A DNA stretch of 56,704 nt. It comes from Acidiferrobacteraceae bacterium. GTDB taxonomy: Bacteria > Pseudomonadota > Gammaproteobacteria > Acidiferrobacterales > JAJDNE01. Made by a program: the position numbers and the translations under genes. The notes beneath the pieces are model-generated. The model saw nothing but the letters and a program-made list of their open reading frames with translations, had not been told where the DNA came from and ran no database searches. The DNA lies in assembly GCA_037388825.1 (NCBI GenBank), contig JARRJV010000010.1, forward strand, positions 1-56,704, read 5' to 3'. Shown one piece after another: positions 1-11,111 of this stretch. Within the stretch, counting starts at the first letter, position 1; every line of letters starts with the position of its first letter.

Positions 1-133
1 GCGGGAGCCGCGCCCCCTGCCGACCCTGTTGATCAATCCTGATCGAACATCCCTTTTTGACTTCGTATTCGAGGACTTCACGCTCATAAACTACAATCCT
101 CATCCTCATATCAAGGCCCAGGTGGCTGTCTAG
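1..133 (+). CDS. thyA: Thymidylate synthase, 3' end (partial, runs off window start)
   Basis: Frame from nt 2 reads [43 protein letters not shown], the typical ThyA C-terminus; directly upstream of folA. Confidence 0.93.
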   Translation, partial: REPRPLPTLLINPDRTSLFDFVFEDFTLINYNPHPHIKAQVAV

Positions 134-159
134 CCCGGTCCTCGTGCGGCACTTTGTCC

Positions 160-684
160 ATGAATCCTTCCCGGAACCGGATCCCCAGGATCTCGCTCAT
201 TGCTGCGGTGAGTGCGAATGGAGTGATCGGCCGCGAAGGCACCCTGCCCTGGCGACTGCCGGCCGACCTGAAATACTTTCGTCAGGTTACGACCGGACAT
301 ACCATCGTGATGGGTAGAAAGAACTACGAGGACATCGGCCGACCATTGCCCGAGCGGAACAATATCATTCTGACCCGGAAACCCGGCTTCTCCGCGCCGG
401 GCTGTACGGTCGTGCATACGCTGGACGACGCGATAGCCTGCGCAAGGGATGATCCGGAGGTCTTTTTCATCGGCGGTGCCGAAGTCTATCGGCAGATGCT
501 GCCACGCGCCGATCGCCTGTATCTCACGCGGGTCCAGGCCTCGGTCGAGGGCGACACCTACTTCCCGGATTTCGATGAGAGTGAATGGCAGCTCATTCAG
601 TCTAAACCAAGGGAGGCGGATGAGGCCAATCCCTACGCGCTCTCTTTCGATATCCTGGAGCGGCGGAGGCCTTCCCGGGGGTGA
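160..684 (+). CDS. folA: Dihydrofolate reductase
   Basis: ISLIAAVSANGVIG, LPWRLPADLKYFR, VMGRKN, GRPLPERNNIILTR, IGGAEVY, GDTYFP motifs. Start is ATG160 or TTG154. Confidence 0.97.
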   Translation: MNPSRNRIPRISLIAAVSANGVIGREGTLPWRLPADLKYFRQVTTGHTIVMGRKNYEDIGRPLPERNNIILTRKPGFSAPGCTVVHTLDDAIACARDDPEVFFIGGAEVYRQMLPRADRLYLTRVQASVEGDTYFPDFDESEWQLIQSKPREADEANPYALSFDILERRRPSRG

Positions 685-687
685 AAT

Positions 688-714
688 AAAAAAGCGCGCC
701 ACGGGCGCGCTTTT
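688..714. terminator. Bidirectional intrinsic terminator between convergent folA and fimV
   Basis: AAAAAA-GCGCGCC-acg-GGCGCGC-TTTT: a 7-bp GC stem flanked by an A6 run and a T4 run. Confidence 0.85.
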
Positions 715-732
715 CCTGGCGATCGGTCTCGA

Positions 733-3700
733 TCAGGCGATCTGGGCTGCAAGCTCGGCTGCCTGCTGCTGCTGCTCTTCGTTTCCTTCCACCGCCACTT
801 CTTCCAGGATGCTTCGCGCACCGTCGGCATCGCCCATATCGATGTATGCCTTTGCGAGGTCGAGCTTGGTTGCTGCCTCGTCCCACTGTTCCTGACTCCC
901 GCCGACGGTAACTGAGGGTTCATCGACTTCGGCGGAGATTCCGGGAGCGGCGGATACGGCCGGTTCAGATTCCGGCTCCGGTTCTGCGGCGGCCGATTCG
1001 AATGACAGGTCGGAACTGTTGAAACTGACGTCGTCCTCGACAGCAACCTCTCCCGACTCGTCATCAGGTGAACCCACTTCAGTATCAATATTCAGGCTCA
1101 GGCCCGATCGATTGTTGTCGGCCGTGTTCTGGCGCAGCGCCTCAAAGTCGAGACTCTCCGAGTCGCTCAGGCCACCCTCTTCTTCCAGGGCCTCGGAATC
1201 ACCACTGATCCCCATGTCGAGACTCTCGGACTCATCCGTACCCAGACTGAGGCTGTCGGAATCGCTTGCACTGAGATCCAGACCTTCCAGATCGGTTTCG
1301 CCGCTGACCTCTTCGCTGTCCTCGGACAGATCAGTTCCGAGATCTCCGAGACCGGTAAACTCAAGGCCGCCGGTATCGACTGCCTCCACTCCCTCGCCCG
1401 CTTGTGCCTCAGGCTCGGGCTCAGGCTCGGACGTGCTTCCCGTATCCATATCAAAGTTGAAATCCAGGGCATTCGAAGGGGTCTCAGATACAGAAGGCAT
1501 GTCTTCTTCCGGTTCAGCCTCCGCCTCCGCGCCACCGAGGTCCATATCCATTTCCAGCGATGTATTCGATTCCTCGGAGCCTCCCATATCGAAATTCAGG
1601 CCGCTCGTATCGAGATCAGCTGCTGGCTCGGCTTCGGGTTCACCGAATCCTGTGTCAACCGCCGCGGACCCGCCGCCCAGTGCGAGGGTTTCATTTTCAG
1701 CCGGAGCGGGAGCCGGCGCGGCCGGCGCGCCGCCGCCGGAGAACATGGGATTGTCCGGAGCGAGTTTGCGCCCCATATCGACCACGCGATCCCATAGTGG
1801 CCCGCCCTGTCCCTGTAGAGAGGCATACAGCTCTTCCGCCAGGGTTTCGAATGCACTGACGTCACTGCGATTTGCATAGATCTCAAGCAGCTTTTCCTTC
1901 AGCTCGTTCCGGTTGGGATTCTTGACCACGGCGTCCTTGAGAATCTCCTCTGCCTGCTCATCGCGTCCATAGGCGAGGTAGACGTCGGCTTCGGCAACCG
2001 GATCCACTTCATCGGTAGAGATATTCCCCAGGCCACCCTGGCTGAAGTCACTCAGGAACGAGGTATCCGTCGCGGAACTGCTGCTGACATGGTCTTCGCT
2101 GTCGGTCGAGAATTCACTGGTGGCGACATCGCCCGATGTGAGAATGCTTTCCTCGAACTCGGTCAGGGAGCGGCGCCGGCGGCGGACGTAGATCGTGCCC
2201 ACTCCCAGGGCAAGCACGACCACGCCACCCACGAGCATAAGCATGAACTGATCCCCAAGGATGCTGCTGAGCATGCCCTGGGCGGTTGCCAGCAAGCCCT
2301 CGTCTTCCTTGGGCTGGGCTGGCGGCGCGTGACGCGGCAGACTTGGCCGTCGTTGGACTCTAAGTGGTTTATGCGCCTTCGGCTTGGCCGGTGCCGCCTT
2401 TTGCTCAGTTCCCGCCTTGGGTTTGGCCTCGGACTTGGTTTCGGTCTGCGCAAGCTGCGTATTCGGAATTTCTACAGGACGGGCATCCGGTTTCGGCTTC
2501 GCCATGGGTTTGCCCGCTTCCTTGGCATCCGCTGCGCCCTTGGGTTTGGCCGCGGCACCATTCAACCGCGTTACGGATTGATCGAGCTTCTGTTCTTGGG
2601 CTGCCTTGTTCTCGCTTTCGGCTGACTTGCCTGCGGATGTTGCCTTCTGATCCAGGTTGGAGCGAACAATGCGCAACAATTCCGCCTTGCGTGCTTCGCG
2701 CGTCGGCGGCAACTGGATGCCATTGGGCTTGGCCTTGGCGCCCGCCTTCGCCTTGCTCGCATTGGCAGCCGGCTTTGCAGCATGAGCGCCCTTCGGGGCG
2801 GGCTTGCCGGCATGCTTGGGCTTGCTTGTCTGCGGCGCAGGCGTCTTCGCAGCTGAGGAGGCAGCCGTAGTCGTGGCCTTGTTGTCAGCAGTCGCCACCG
2901 TCACCGGTTCCTTGGAACGGGCCAGCTTCAGCTTGTACTCCTGCCAGACATCGTACTGGGCAACAAAATCGTGGTGCGCTGCCGCACGCGAGACCCTGGT
3001 CACCGCAACCTTATCCGGAATGCGCAGAATCTTTCCTGCTTTCAGGTTATTCACATTCTTGCCGAAGAAGGCCTTTGGATTGGCGTCGTACAATGCCAGC
3101 ACGACCTGCTCCAGACTCAGATTGCGGTCGCGCCGGATCCGCTGCGCGATCTTCCACGCGGTGTCACCACGTTTCACGTGATAGCGATTCGTGTTGGCCC
3201 AGTCGGGGGCATCGACTGGAAGCGCCTGGGGACCGAAGACTTCGCCCTTCAACATTCCGATCGGCTGAGGCGTTTCACCTGCTCCCTCCTGCGACAAGTC
3301 TTCCGTTCCCGGAGTCGCTCCGATGGACATGGTTGTCACAGATCCTGTTTGACCAGTCGACGTGGACTCCGTCGTTGCCACCGGGGGCGGTGTCGATTCC
3401 GTCGGCGCCGTGCTCGCCTGCATTTCTGATTTCGGAACCGGCTCTACTTTGATTTCCGGCGTGGCTTCCGCCCTGGTTTCGACGGCGGGCGGTTCGGCCG
3501 GCGGCGCCGCCTGCGGCTTCGGCGCCGGGGTGGGCGCGGTCTCCGGTTCAAGTTTCGCAACAGGCGGTTCGCTTACCTTGGGCGCTTCGATCCCGCTGGG
3601 CTTGGATGCGTTCAGGAACGGGGGGTCGATCAACGCGGTGTATTCACGCCGCAGTCTGCCGCCGGCCCACTCGGCCTGAACGAGAAGATGCAGATAGGGT

Positions 3701-4029
3701 TCGGGGAACGGGGAGCGGGTGGTGACACGAAGGAAGGGGCGACCGTCCGGATGATGCTCCACGAGAAACTGGATGTCATTCAGCTCCTGGCTGCGCTCAA
3801 TACCCACCGCCTGAAACGCACCGACAGGAGCCAGACCGACTTCCAACGTCTGCAGTTCCTTGTCAGTAATGGAGGTGAATTCAATGGTCGCGTCGAGCGG
3901 CTCGTTCAACGCCGAGGTTACCTTGATCGGTCCAAGGCCCAGGCCATAACTGATCGCCGGCAGCAGCGTAAGAACTGCTGTCGCACAAATCAGACCTGCT
4001 CGTCGCACCCCCCTAGAAACTAGGATCAT
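733..4029 (-). CDS. fimV: FimV/HubP polar landmark protein
   Basis: Signal peptide then LGLGPIKVTSALNEPL; LysM (YHVKRGDTAWKIA...NPKAF); one TM followed by RRRRR; VDPVAEADVYLAYGRDEQAEEIL; long acidic region; C-terminal TKLDLAKAYIDMGDADGARSILEEV. Confidence 0.95.
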   Translation of the reverse strand: MILVSRGVRRAGLICATAVLTLLPAISYGLGLGPIKVTSALNEPLDATIEFTSITDKELQTLEVGLAPVGAFQAVGIERSQELNDIQFLVEHHPDGRPFLRVTTRSPFPEPYLHLLVQAEWAGGRLRREYTALIDPPFLNASKPSGIEAPKVSEPPVAKLEPETAPTPAPKPQAAPPAEPPAVETRAEATPEIKVEPVPKSEMQASTAPTESTPPPVATTESTSTGQTGSVTTMSIGATPGTEDLSQEGAGETPQPIGMLKGEVFGPQALPVDAPDWANTNRYHVKRGDTAWKIAQRIRRDRNLSLEQVVLALYDANPKAFFGKNVNNLKAGKILRIPDKVAVTRVSRAAAHHDFVAQYDVWQEYKLKLARSKEPVTVATADNKATTTAASSAAKTPAPQTSKPKHAGKPAPKGAHAAKPAANASKAKAGAKAKPNGIQLPPTREARKAELLRIVRSNLDQKATSAGKSAESENKAAQEQKLDQSVTRLNGAAAKPKGAADAKEAGKPMAKPKPDARPVEIPNTQLAQTETKSEAKPKAGTEQKAAPAKPKAHKPLRVQRRPSLPRHAPPAQPKEDEGLLATAQGMLSSILGDQFMLMLVGGVVVLALGVGTIYVRRRRRSLTEFEESILTSGDVATSEFSTDSEDHVSSSSATDTSFLSDFSQGGLGNISTDEVDPVAEADVYLAYGRDEQAEEILKDAVVKNPNRNELKEKLLEIYANRSDVSAFETLAEELYASLQGQGGPLWDRVVDMGRKLAPDNPMFSGGGAPAAPAPAPAENETLALGGGSAAVDTGFGEPEAEPAADLDTSGLNFDMGGSEESNTSLEMDMDLGGAEAEAEPEEDMPSVSETPSNALDFNFDMDTGSTSEPEPEPEAQAGEGVEAVDTGGLEFTGLGDLGTDLSEDSEEVSGETDLEGLDLSASDSDSLSLGTDESESLDMGISGDSEALEEEGGLSDSESLDFEALRQNTADNNRSGLSLNIDTEVGSPDDESGEVAVEDDVSFNSSDLSFESAAAEPEPESEPAVSAAPGISAEVDEPSVTVGGSQEQWDEAATKLDLAKAYIDMGDADGARSILEEVAVEGNEEQQQQAAELAAQIA

Positions 4030-4292
4030 TCTTTGCTCCGCTTCCCACTATTCTTATCCCGGCGCCGGCTTGATAATAGCTTAAAAGACACAGAGTTACG
4101 CAAGTATAGTATTGCGATTTCTCACAATTCGCAACTAACTATAGCTGATAAATACGGTTTTGACATGGAACGGCCGCCTGGGCCCCCGGGACAGATTTCC
4201 GTCGAAATGAAGGACTTAGAGGCGCCATCCTGCCAGGCCGGGCACCTCCCCTGGATACTTTATAGTAATCCCAGCGCCGACCCGCCAGATTT

Positions 4293-5405
4293 CTACACCC
4301 CGGGAAGGATACGCAGCATGCGGCGAAGGGGTTCCGCCGCACCCCACAGGAGCTGATCCCCAACCGTGAAGGCCGCCAGATACTCTCCACCCATAGTGAG
4401 CTTGCGCAAGCGGCCCACCGGTACGGACAGGGTGCCGGTCACTTTTGCCGGCGTCAGTTCACGCATGCTGAGATCTCGGTCGTTCGGTACCACCTTCACC
4501 CAATCGTTGGCGGCTGCAAGCATCTGCTCGATCTCGGGCAATGGAACATCCTTCTTCAACTTGATAGTCAGGGCCTGACTGTGGCATCGCATCGCCCCCA
4601 CCCGCACACAGATCCCGTCGATCGGAACCGGATAGTCACTCCGACCCAGAATCTTGTTAGTCTCCACCTGGGCCTTCCATTCCTCCTTGCTCTGCCCGCT
4701 TTCCAGTGCCACGTCGATCCAGGGAATCAGGCTGCCCGCGAGCGGAACCCCGAACTGCTCATCAGGATATTCGTCGCTGCGAATGTGCTCCGAAACCGCC
4801 TTGTCGATCTCCAGAATCGCGCTTGCCGGGTCGTCCAGCAAGCTGCCCGCCGCGTCATGAATCGAACCCATCTGCTTCAACAGTTCGCGCATGTTGCGCG
4901 CGCCAGCGCCGGACGCGGCCTGGTAAGTCATCGGGGTAATCCAATCGATGAGGTCCTGCTCAAACAATCCGCCGATGGCCATGAGCATGAGACTCACGGT
5001 GCAATTCCCGCCCACATATGTCTTTACGCCGTCGTTCAGGCCCCGCTCAATGACGTCGAGGTTCACGGGATCGAGAACGATGATGCTTTCGGAATCCATG
5101 CGCAGGGTAGATGCCGCGTCGATCCAGTACCCATCCCAGCCCGCGGACCGCAGCTTGGGATAAATCTCCTTGGTGTAGCTGCCGCCCTGACAGGAAATCA
5201 CGACATCCATTTCCTTGAGGGCATCCACGCTCGTCGCGTCCTGCAAAGCAGGCACGACCTTGCCCACATCCGGACCCGGCTGACCCGCCTGGGATGTGGA
5301 GAAAAATACCGGTTCGATGACATCGAAATCCCGCTCCTCCCGCATCCGCTGCATGAGTACGGAACCGACCATCCCGCGCCAACCAACCAGACCTACCCGC
5401 TTCAT
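4293..5405 (-). CDS. asd: Aspartate-semialdehyde dehydrogenase
   Basis: Starts [15 protein letters not shown] at ATG5405; GGNCTVSLM catalytic Cys; [12 protein letters not shown]. Confidence 0.98.
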   Translation of the reverse strand: MKRVGLVGWRGMVGSVLMQRMREERDFDVIEPVFFSTSQAGQPGPDVGKVVPALQDATSVDALKEMDVVISCQGGSYTKEIYPKLRSAGWDGYWIDAASTLRMDSESIIVLDPVNLDVIERGLNDGVKTYVGGNCTVSLMLMAIGGLFEQDLIDWITPMTYQAASGAGARNMRELLKQMGSIHDAAGSLLDDPASAILEIDKAVSEHIRSDEYPDEQFGVPLAGSLIPWIDVALESGQSKEEWKAQVETNKILGRSDYPVPIDGICVRVGAMRCHSQALTIKLKKDVPLPEIEQMLAAANDWVKVVPNDRDLSMRELTPAKVTGTLSVPVGRLRKLTMGGEYLAAFTVGDQLLWGAAEPLRRMLRILPGV

Positions 5406-5439
5406 GTTCCTTCCCCGAAAAGATTCACTTTCAATTGAC

Positions 5440-6516
5440 CTATGCCAGAGCCGCGACCACGGCATCCCCCATGGCCTGTGTTCCGACCTCCTGTCCCTCG
5501 CCCGACCAGATGTCCGGGGTGCGGAGGCCCTGATCCAGCGCCCTGGAAACCGCCGATTCCACCCGGTCTGCAAGATCCGGCATCTCCAGCGTGTAACGAA
5601 GCATCATCGCCACCGACAGGATGGTGGCCAAAGGATTGGCCTTGCCCTGCCCGGCGATATCGGGTGCCGAACCGTGGATGGGCTCGTACATGCCCTTGCC
5701 TGCCGCGTCCAGCGACGCAGACGGCAACATTCCGATTGACCCGGTCAGCATGGCCGCCGCATCGGACAGGATGTCACCGAACATATTCGTAGTCACAATC
5801 ACATCGAACTGCTTCGGTTCCTTCACCAGCTGCATGGCGGCATTGTCCACGTACATATGGGACAACTCGACATCCGAATAGTCCTTGCCCATCTGGCTGA
5901 CGACCTCCCGCCAGAGTACCGTTGCCTCCAGCACGTTGGCCTTGTCCACGGAACAGACGCGCTTGTTGCGCCGCCGTGCAATATCGAACGCGGAACGGGC
6001 GATGCGGCGGATTTCCGATTCGCTGTAAACCAGGGTGTTGAAGCCCTCCCGCTCACCGTCGTCGCGGGTGCGGATACCCCGGGGCTGGCCAAAGTAGATG
6101 CCGCCGGTCAATTCGCGCACGATCATGATGTCCAGCCCGGCCACCAGTTCCGGTTTCAGGGTCGAGGCCCCGGCCAGTTGCGGATAGAGGATTGCCGGCC
6201 GCAGATTCGAAAACAGGCTCAACCCCGACCGCAGACCCAGCAGGGCCTTCTCCGGCCGTTGCGCCGTTTCAATCTGGTCGTATTTCGGCCCGCCTACCGC
6301 TCCCAGGAGCACGGCATCGGCTGAACGCGCGAGATCCATGGTTTCGTCCGGCAGAACCTTGCCGCACAGATCGTAGGCAGCGCCGCCCACCGGCGCCTCC
6401 ACAAGCTCGGCATCCAGACCGTGATCGGCCTTCAGGCATTCCAGGACCTTGATCGCCTCGGCGATAATTTCGGGCCCGATCCCGTCGCCGGGCAATACAG
6501 CAATGTTCTTGCTCAT
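5440..6516 (-). CDS. leuB: 3-isopropylmalate dehydrogenase
   Basis: [48 protein letters not shown]. Confidence 0.98.
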   Translation of the reverse strand: MSKNIAVLPGDGIGPEIIAEAIKVLECLKADHGLDAELVEAPVGGAAYDLCGKVLPDETMDLARSADAVLLGAVGGPKYDQIETAQRPEKALLGLRSGLSLFSNLRPAILYPQLAGASTLKPELVAGLDIMIVRELTGGIYFGQPRGIRTRDDGEREGFNTLVYSESEIRRIARSAFDIARRRNKRVCSVDKANVLEATVLWREVVSQMGKDYSDVELSHMYVDNAAMQLVKEPKQFDVIVTTNMFGDILSDAAAMLTGSIGMLPSASLDAAGKGMYEPIHGSAPDIAGQGKANPLATILSVAMMLRYTLEMPDLADRVESAVSRALDQGLRTPDIWSGEGQEVGTQAMGDAVVAALA

Positions 6517-6525
6517 TTGTTTCTC

Positions 6526-7173
6526 TTACCCCTTGTTGGCGAAAAGCCACGGAGCCTCGCCCCGGCGTCGCTCCTCGTATTCCCGAATTTCATCCATGTG
6601 CTGCAGGGTCAACCCGATGTCGTCCAGGCCGTTCAACAGGCAATGGCGACGAAACCCGTCGACCTCGAACGGAATCTGCGTCCCATCCGGCTTCGTGATC
6701 CGCTGGGCCTCCAGGTCCACGTCGAGCTCGTAGCCCGGCGTCGCCTCCGTTTCGCGGAACAGTTCGTCTACGGTCCCACCGTCGAGAGCGATGGGCAGGA
6801 TGCCGTTCTTGAAACAGTTATTAAAGAATATATCCGCAAAACTGGGCGCGATAATGACGCGGAAACCGTAGTCGAGCAACGCCCAGGGCGCATGTTCGCG
6901 GGAGGATCCGCAGCCGAAGTTCTCGCGCGCCAACAGGATCTGCGCCTCCTGGAAACGCGCCTGGTTCAGGACAAAATCCGGATTCACCCGTCGCTGGCTG
7001 TGGTCCATGCCGGGCTCACCGGGATCCAGGTAGCGCCAGTCATCGAAAAGATTCGGCCCAAAGCCGGTGCGCTTGATGGACTTCAGGTACTGCTTCGGGA
7101 TGATCTGGTCGGTATCGACATTGGCGCGGTCCAACGGCGCCACGATTCCCCTGATTCGCTTGAAGGCATCCAT
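6526..7173 (-). CDS. leuD: 3-isopropylmalate dehydratase small subunit
   Basis: [38 protein letters not shown]; start ATG7173. Confidence 0.98.
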   Translation of the reverse strand: MDAFKRIRGIVAPLDRANVDTDQIIPKQYLKSIKRTGFGPNLFDDWRYLDPGEPGMDHSQRRVNPDFVLNQARFQEAQILLARENFGCGSSREHAPWALLDYGFRVIIAPSFADIFFNNCFKNGILPIALDGGTVDELFRETEATPGYELDVDLEAQRITKPDGTQIPFEVDGFRRHCLLNGLDDIGLTLQHMDEIREYEERRRGEAPWLFANKG

Positions 7174-7175
7174 GG

Positions 7176-8579
7176 TCAGACCTCTCTCACGTCTACAAAA
7201 TGTCCGGCAACCGCCGCTGCCGCGGCCATCGCGGGACTGACCAAATGTGTTCTGCCACCCTGCCCCTGACGTCCTTCGAAATTGCGATTGGACGTGGACG
7301 CGCAGCGTTCCCCGGGCTCCAGGCGATCGGCGTTCATGGCAAGGCACATGGAACAGCCGGGCTCGCGCCACTCGAAGCCGGCGTCGGTGAAGACCCGGTC
7401 CAGGCCCTCCTGTTCCGCCTGCGCCTTTACCAGGCCCGAGCCCGGTACCACCATGGCGAGCTTCACATTGGCGGCGACCTTGTGGTCCTTTACCACCTCG
7501 GCGGCGGCGCGTAGGTCCTCGATACGCGAGTTCGTGCACGAACCGATGAAGACCTTGTCCACGGCAATCTCGGTGATTGGCGTGTTGGCCTCGAGGCCCA
7601 TGTATTCCAAAGCACGCTGCATGCCCGCACGCTTCACCTCGCTTGCCTCATTCTCCGGGTCCGGGACCCGCTCCGTTACCGGCACGCCCATTTCGGGCGA
7701 GGTGCCCCAGGTGACAAAAGGAGCGATCGCCGAGGCATCGATATGCACGACCCGGTCGAACTGGGCGTCGGCGTCCGTGTGCAATTCCCGCCAGGCGGCC
7801 ACCGCCCTCTCCCACATCTCGCCCGACGGCGCATAGGGTCGGCCTTTGGCGTAGTCGATGGTCTTGTCGTCCACGGCGACGAATCCGGCCCGGGCGCCCG
7901 CCTCGATGGCCATATTACAGACGGTCATGCGGCCTTCCATGGAAAGGGCCCGAATCGCCTCGCCGCCAAACTCAATGGCATAACCGGTGCCGCCGGCAGT
8001 GCCGATCTCGGCGATGATGGCGAGCACGATATCCTTGGCCGTCACCCCCTTGCCCGCCTGGCCGTCGACGCTGACCAGCATGGTCTTGGATTTCTTCTGG
8101 ATAAGGCATTGGGTCGCTAATACATGCTCGACCTCGGAGGTACCGATACCAAAGGCCAGGGCGCCGAAGGCGCCATGGGTGGACGTATGGGAATCCCCGC
8201 ACACCACGGTCATGCCGGGCAAGGTGGCGCCCTGTTCCGGACCGATGACGTGCACGATGCCCTGGCGGGGATCGTTCATCTCGAACTCCACGATCCCGAA
8301 CTGGTGACAGTTTTCGTCCAGGGTCTGCACCTGCAGACGGGACACCGGATCGGCGATCCCGTGGCTGCGATCGGTCGTGGGAACATTGTGATCGGGTACC
8401 GCGAGATTGGTCCCCACGCGCCACGGGGTCCGACCCGCGATCCGCAGACCCTCGAAGGCCTGGGGGCTGGTTACCTCGTGCACGAGGTGCCGATCGATAT
8501 ACAGGAGGCAAGTGCCGCCATCGTCCTGGCGCACCACATGGGCATCCCAAAGCTTGTCGTACAAGGTTCTCCGGCTCAT
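7176..8579 (-). CDS. leuC: 3-isopropylmalate dehydratase large subunit
   Basis: [41 protein letters not shown] [4Fe-4S] ligands. Confidence 0.98.
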   Translation of the reverse strand: MSRRTLYDKLWDAHVVRQDDGGTCLLYIDRHLVHEVTSPQAFEGLRIAGRTPWRVGTNLAVPDHNVPTTDRSHGIADPVSRLQVQTLDENCHQFGIVEFEMNDPRQGIVHVIGPEQGATLPGMTVVCGDSHTSTHGAFGALAFGIGTSEVEHVLATQCLIQKKSKTMLVSVDGQAGKGVTAKDIVLAIIAEIGTAGGTGYAIEFGGEAIRALSMEGRMTVCNMAIEAGARAGFVAVDDKTIDYAKGRPYAPSGEMWERAVAAWRELHTDADAQFDRVVHIDASAIAPFVTWGTSPEMGVPVTERVPDPENEASEVKRAGMQRALEYMGLEANTPITEIAVDKVFIGSCTNSRIEDLRAAAEVVKDHKVAANVKLAMVVPGSGLVKAQAEQEGLDRVFTDAGFEWREPGCSMCLAMNADRLEPGERCASTSNRNFEGRQGQGGRTHLVSPAMAAAAAVAGHFVDVREV

Positions 8580-8605
8580 TTGTCCTGGCTCCCGCTTCGA
8601 CTTGC

Positions 8606-8660
8606 ATGAATTATGGGGGCGGGATATAAATTACTCCAATTCATATTTTTCATTTTTTAT
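8606..8660. promoter_or_regulatory. AT-rich divergent leuC/LysR control region; probable LysR binding site
   Basis: Inverted repeat ATGAATT (8606-8612) and AATTCAT (8638-8644) with an adjacent T-rich tract, between divergent leuC and the LysR gene. Confidence 0.5.
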
Positions 8661-8673
8661 ATTCTTCGTAGTT

Positions 8674-9543
8674 ATGGATATATCCGCCCTCCAGACCTTT
8701 CTCGCGGTGGCCGAAACGGGCTCCTTCTCCGCCGCAGCGGAACGGGTTTTCCTGACCCAGCCTGCCATCAGCAAGCGCGTTGCGGCCCTGGAATCGGAAT
8801 TGGGCACCCCCCTGTTCGACCGCATCGGCCGCCGGGTACAGCTCACGGAGGCCGGGCGGGCGCTGCAGGAACGTGCCCACGGCATTCTGGCGGAGATCGA
8901 GGACGCCCGGCGGGCCATCTCGCGCCTGTCCGGGGCCGTCCGAGGCACCCTGCGGATGGCCGCCAGCCACCACATCGGCCTGCACCGCCTGCCCCCGGCC
9001 CTGAAACAGTTTCACGACACCTATCCGGACGCGCGCCTGGACATCCGCTTTCTGGATTCGGAAAGCGGATGCCAGGCCGTGGAACAGGGCGAACTGGAAC
9101 TGGCGGTGGTCACCCTGCCCAGCCACGCGAGCGCCCAGCTGCAGCTGATTCCGGTGTGGCCCGATCCGATCGACATTGTCGTCGGCCGGAGCCACCCCCT
9201 GGCCACCGAATCCGGCGTCACGGCGCTGACCCTGCTGAATTACCCCGCGATCCTGCCCGGCCCGGGCACCTACACGCGCGAAATCGTCCTGTCTGCCCTG
9301 GAACCCGTGCGCGAAGGCATCCAGATTGGCATGTCCACGAATTATCTGGAGGTATTGAAGATGCTGGCGTCCGTCGGTCTGGGCTGGAGTGCCCTGCCCC
9401 GGACCCTGATTGACGACAGCCTGAGCGTGGTCCAAATTAGGAATATAGCGATACAGCGCGAGTTGGGGGTTGTCATCCACCGCTCGCGTACTCTGTCCAA
9501 CGCAGGACAAGCCATGCTGGACATCATTCAATGCGAGAACTGA
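8674..9543 (+). CDS. LysR-family transcriptional regulator, divergent from leuC
   Basis: MDISALQTFLAVAETGSFSAAAERVFLTQPAISKRVAALESELGTPLFDR helix-turn-helix plus substrate-binding domain; start ATG8674. Confidence 0.95.
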   Translation: MDISALQTFLAVAETGSFSAAAERVFLTQPAISKRVAALESELGTPLFDRIGRRVQLTEAGRALQERAHGILAEIEDARRAISRLSGAVRGTLRMAASHHIGLHRLPPALKQFHDTYPDARLDIRFLDSESGCQAVEQGELELAVVTLPSHASAQLQLIPVWPDPIDIVVGRSHPLATESGVTALTLLNYPAILPGPGTYTREIVLSALEPVREGIQIGMSTNYLEVLKMLASVGLGWSALPRTLIDDSLSVVQIRNIAIQRELGVVIHRSRTLSNAGQAMLDIIQCEN

Positions 9544-9965
9544 GTTTCAGATCACTGGCCGAATTTCTCGAAGAGCGATTGGGATCTCACCAGTTCCCGA
9601 TCAATCACGGCGCGAGCTCGCCGCGCGACCTGTTCGACGGTTGCGCCCTGCACGATGAATTGAGCAAACAACTCTTGCGTGACATCTACAAGCGCAACGC
9701 CTGCAGGAGTCTCGATGACGAAGTGCACCGGGATCAGACAGAGGCCGCCCTGGCCGAGATTCGCACCGGGCTGCTTGCTGCCAAAAGCGGAATGGACGTG
9801 GACAAATACAACTATGTCGAGGATGTCTGTATCGCAGTCAAGGAATTCTTCCAGCCGCGGGATGAGGACACCTCGGTACGAAACCCGCAGACCCCTGAGT
9901 ACGCCTCGGCGGAAATCATCGATATCAATCGATATCGGCGACGCCGTATGAAGTGGCGGGCCTGA
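9531..9965 (+). CDS. Hypothetical protein (144 aa) overlapping the LysR stop
   Basis: Protein-like composition; 13-nt overlap with the LysR gene; no family recognised. Confidence 0.7.
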   Translation: MRELSFRSLAEFLEERLGSHQFPINHGASSPRDLFDGCALHDELSKQLLRDIYKRNACRSLDDEVHRDQTEAALAEIRTGLLAAKSGMDVDKYNYVEDVCIAVKEFFQPRDEDTSVRNPQTPEYASAEIIDINRYRRRRMKWRA

Positions 9966-11082
9966 TCCAGCGCCAGGCTACACCGAGGGCGAGCAGCGCG
10001 AGCAGCGATGCCGCAAGATAGGTGCTCAGGGGACCGCTGCTGCTCCAGCCCACTCCCGCATAAAGACTGCCAACCGCACCACCCAGACCGAAACTGACGC
10101 TTCCGTAGATGGCCTGTCCGCGGGTCTGGTGCGCCCCACGAAAGAACCGATGGACCATCTCCACAGCCGTGGCGTGATACGCGCCAAACGTGGCGGCATG
10201 AAGTACTTGCGCCAGAATCAGAATGGCAAGGTAATCCGGAAAGAAACCGATCAGCGCCCATCGAACCGCGGCAAGAGCGAAACTCGCCAGCAGCATCTCG
10301 CGCATTCCGATGCGCATGCGGGCACGGTGCAGCACGAGAAAAATCGCGATTTCACACACCACACCCAGGGCCCAGAGCGCACCAATGACGGTCTTGCTGT
10401 AGCCGTGTCCTCCGAGGTAAATCGTATAGAAGGTGTAATAAGGGCCATGGCTGGCCTGCATGAGGAATGCACTGAACAGAAAGGCCGCCACCTGTGGACG
10501 CAGGAAGATCTTCAACAAGGGGCCCGCATGTTCCGTCTGCCCCGGGACCTCCCGCTGCGGCACCAGAAGACTTGCCACCCAGATTCCTGAAAGCAGGACC
10601 AGCAAGGCCGGGAGCAGCCACCAGGCCGGGACGTGATCCAGTACCGAACCCAGAACCAGCACGGAAACAATGAAACCGACCGAACCCCAAAGGCGGACAC
10701 GCGCATAACGACCACCCTCTCCGCCAAAATGACTCAGTGTCGCGGCCTCGACCTGCGGCAGGGTCGCATTCCAGAAGAAACTGAACAGCAACATCACGAC
10801 CGCCAGCCACCAGAACGTGGCGGAGACGAATACCCCGGCAAAGCTGACAACGGAAAGCAGGGCCGCGGTGCGCACGACCACCATGCGCTGGCCCTGGTGA
10901 TCGGCGATCCAGCCCCACAGATAGGGCGCTACAATTCGCGACACCATCAACAGCGCCATAAGTTCGCCGATCTGTAGCGCACTGAAGCCTACCGACCGGA
11001 GATAGAGACTCCAGTACGGGACCAGCGCGCCGAGGGTCGCGAAATAGAAGAAATAAAAACCGGAGAGCCGCCAGTAGGGCAT
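9925..11082 (-). CDS. MFS transporter (MFS_1_like, HcaT-like)
   Basis: About 12 hydrophobic segments; YFFYFATLGALVPYW, WGWIADH, YARVRLWGSVGF, SHGPYYTFYTIYL. Confidence 0.9.
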   Translation of the reverse strand: MPYWRLSGFYFFYFATLGALVPYWSLYLRSVGFSALQIGELMALLMVSRIVAPYLWGWIADHQGQRMVVVRTAALLSVVSFAGVFVSATFWWLAVVMLLFSFFWNATLPQVEAATLSHFGGEGGRYARVRLWGSVGFIVSVLVLGSVLDHVPAWWLLPALLVLLSGIWVASLLVPQREVPGQTEHAGPLLKIFLRPQVAAFLFSAFLMQASHGPYYTFYTIYLGGHGYSKTVIGALWALGVVCEIAIFLVLHRARMRIGMREMLLASFALAAVRWALIGFFPDYLAILILAQVLHAATFGAYHATAVEMVHRFFRGAHQTRGQAIYGSVSFGLGGAVGSLYAGVGWSSSGPLSTYLAASLLALLALGVAWRWIRPATSYGVADID

Positions 11083-11111
11083 ATCGGGATCGAACCGTTC
11101 CCGAACGCGGC

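Noticed and set aside
684-733. Absence of truA after asd-fimV
   Set aside because: An ordinary local rearrangement; no mobile-element traces at the junction.
2540-2660. FimV periplasmic coiled coil looks short (possible third deletion)
   Set aside because: The region is highly variable between species; it cannot be supported without an ortholog alignment.
900-2900. Low-complexity EPEPE/acidic and AKPK/Ala-rich repeats
   Set aside because: Normal disordered linkers of FimV/HubP, not a DNA repeat element.
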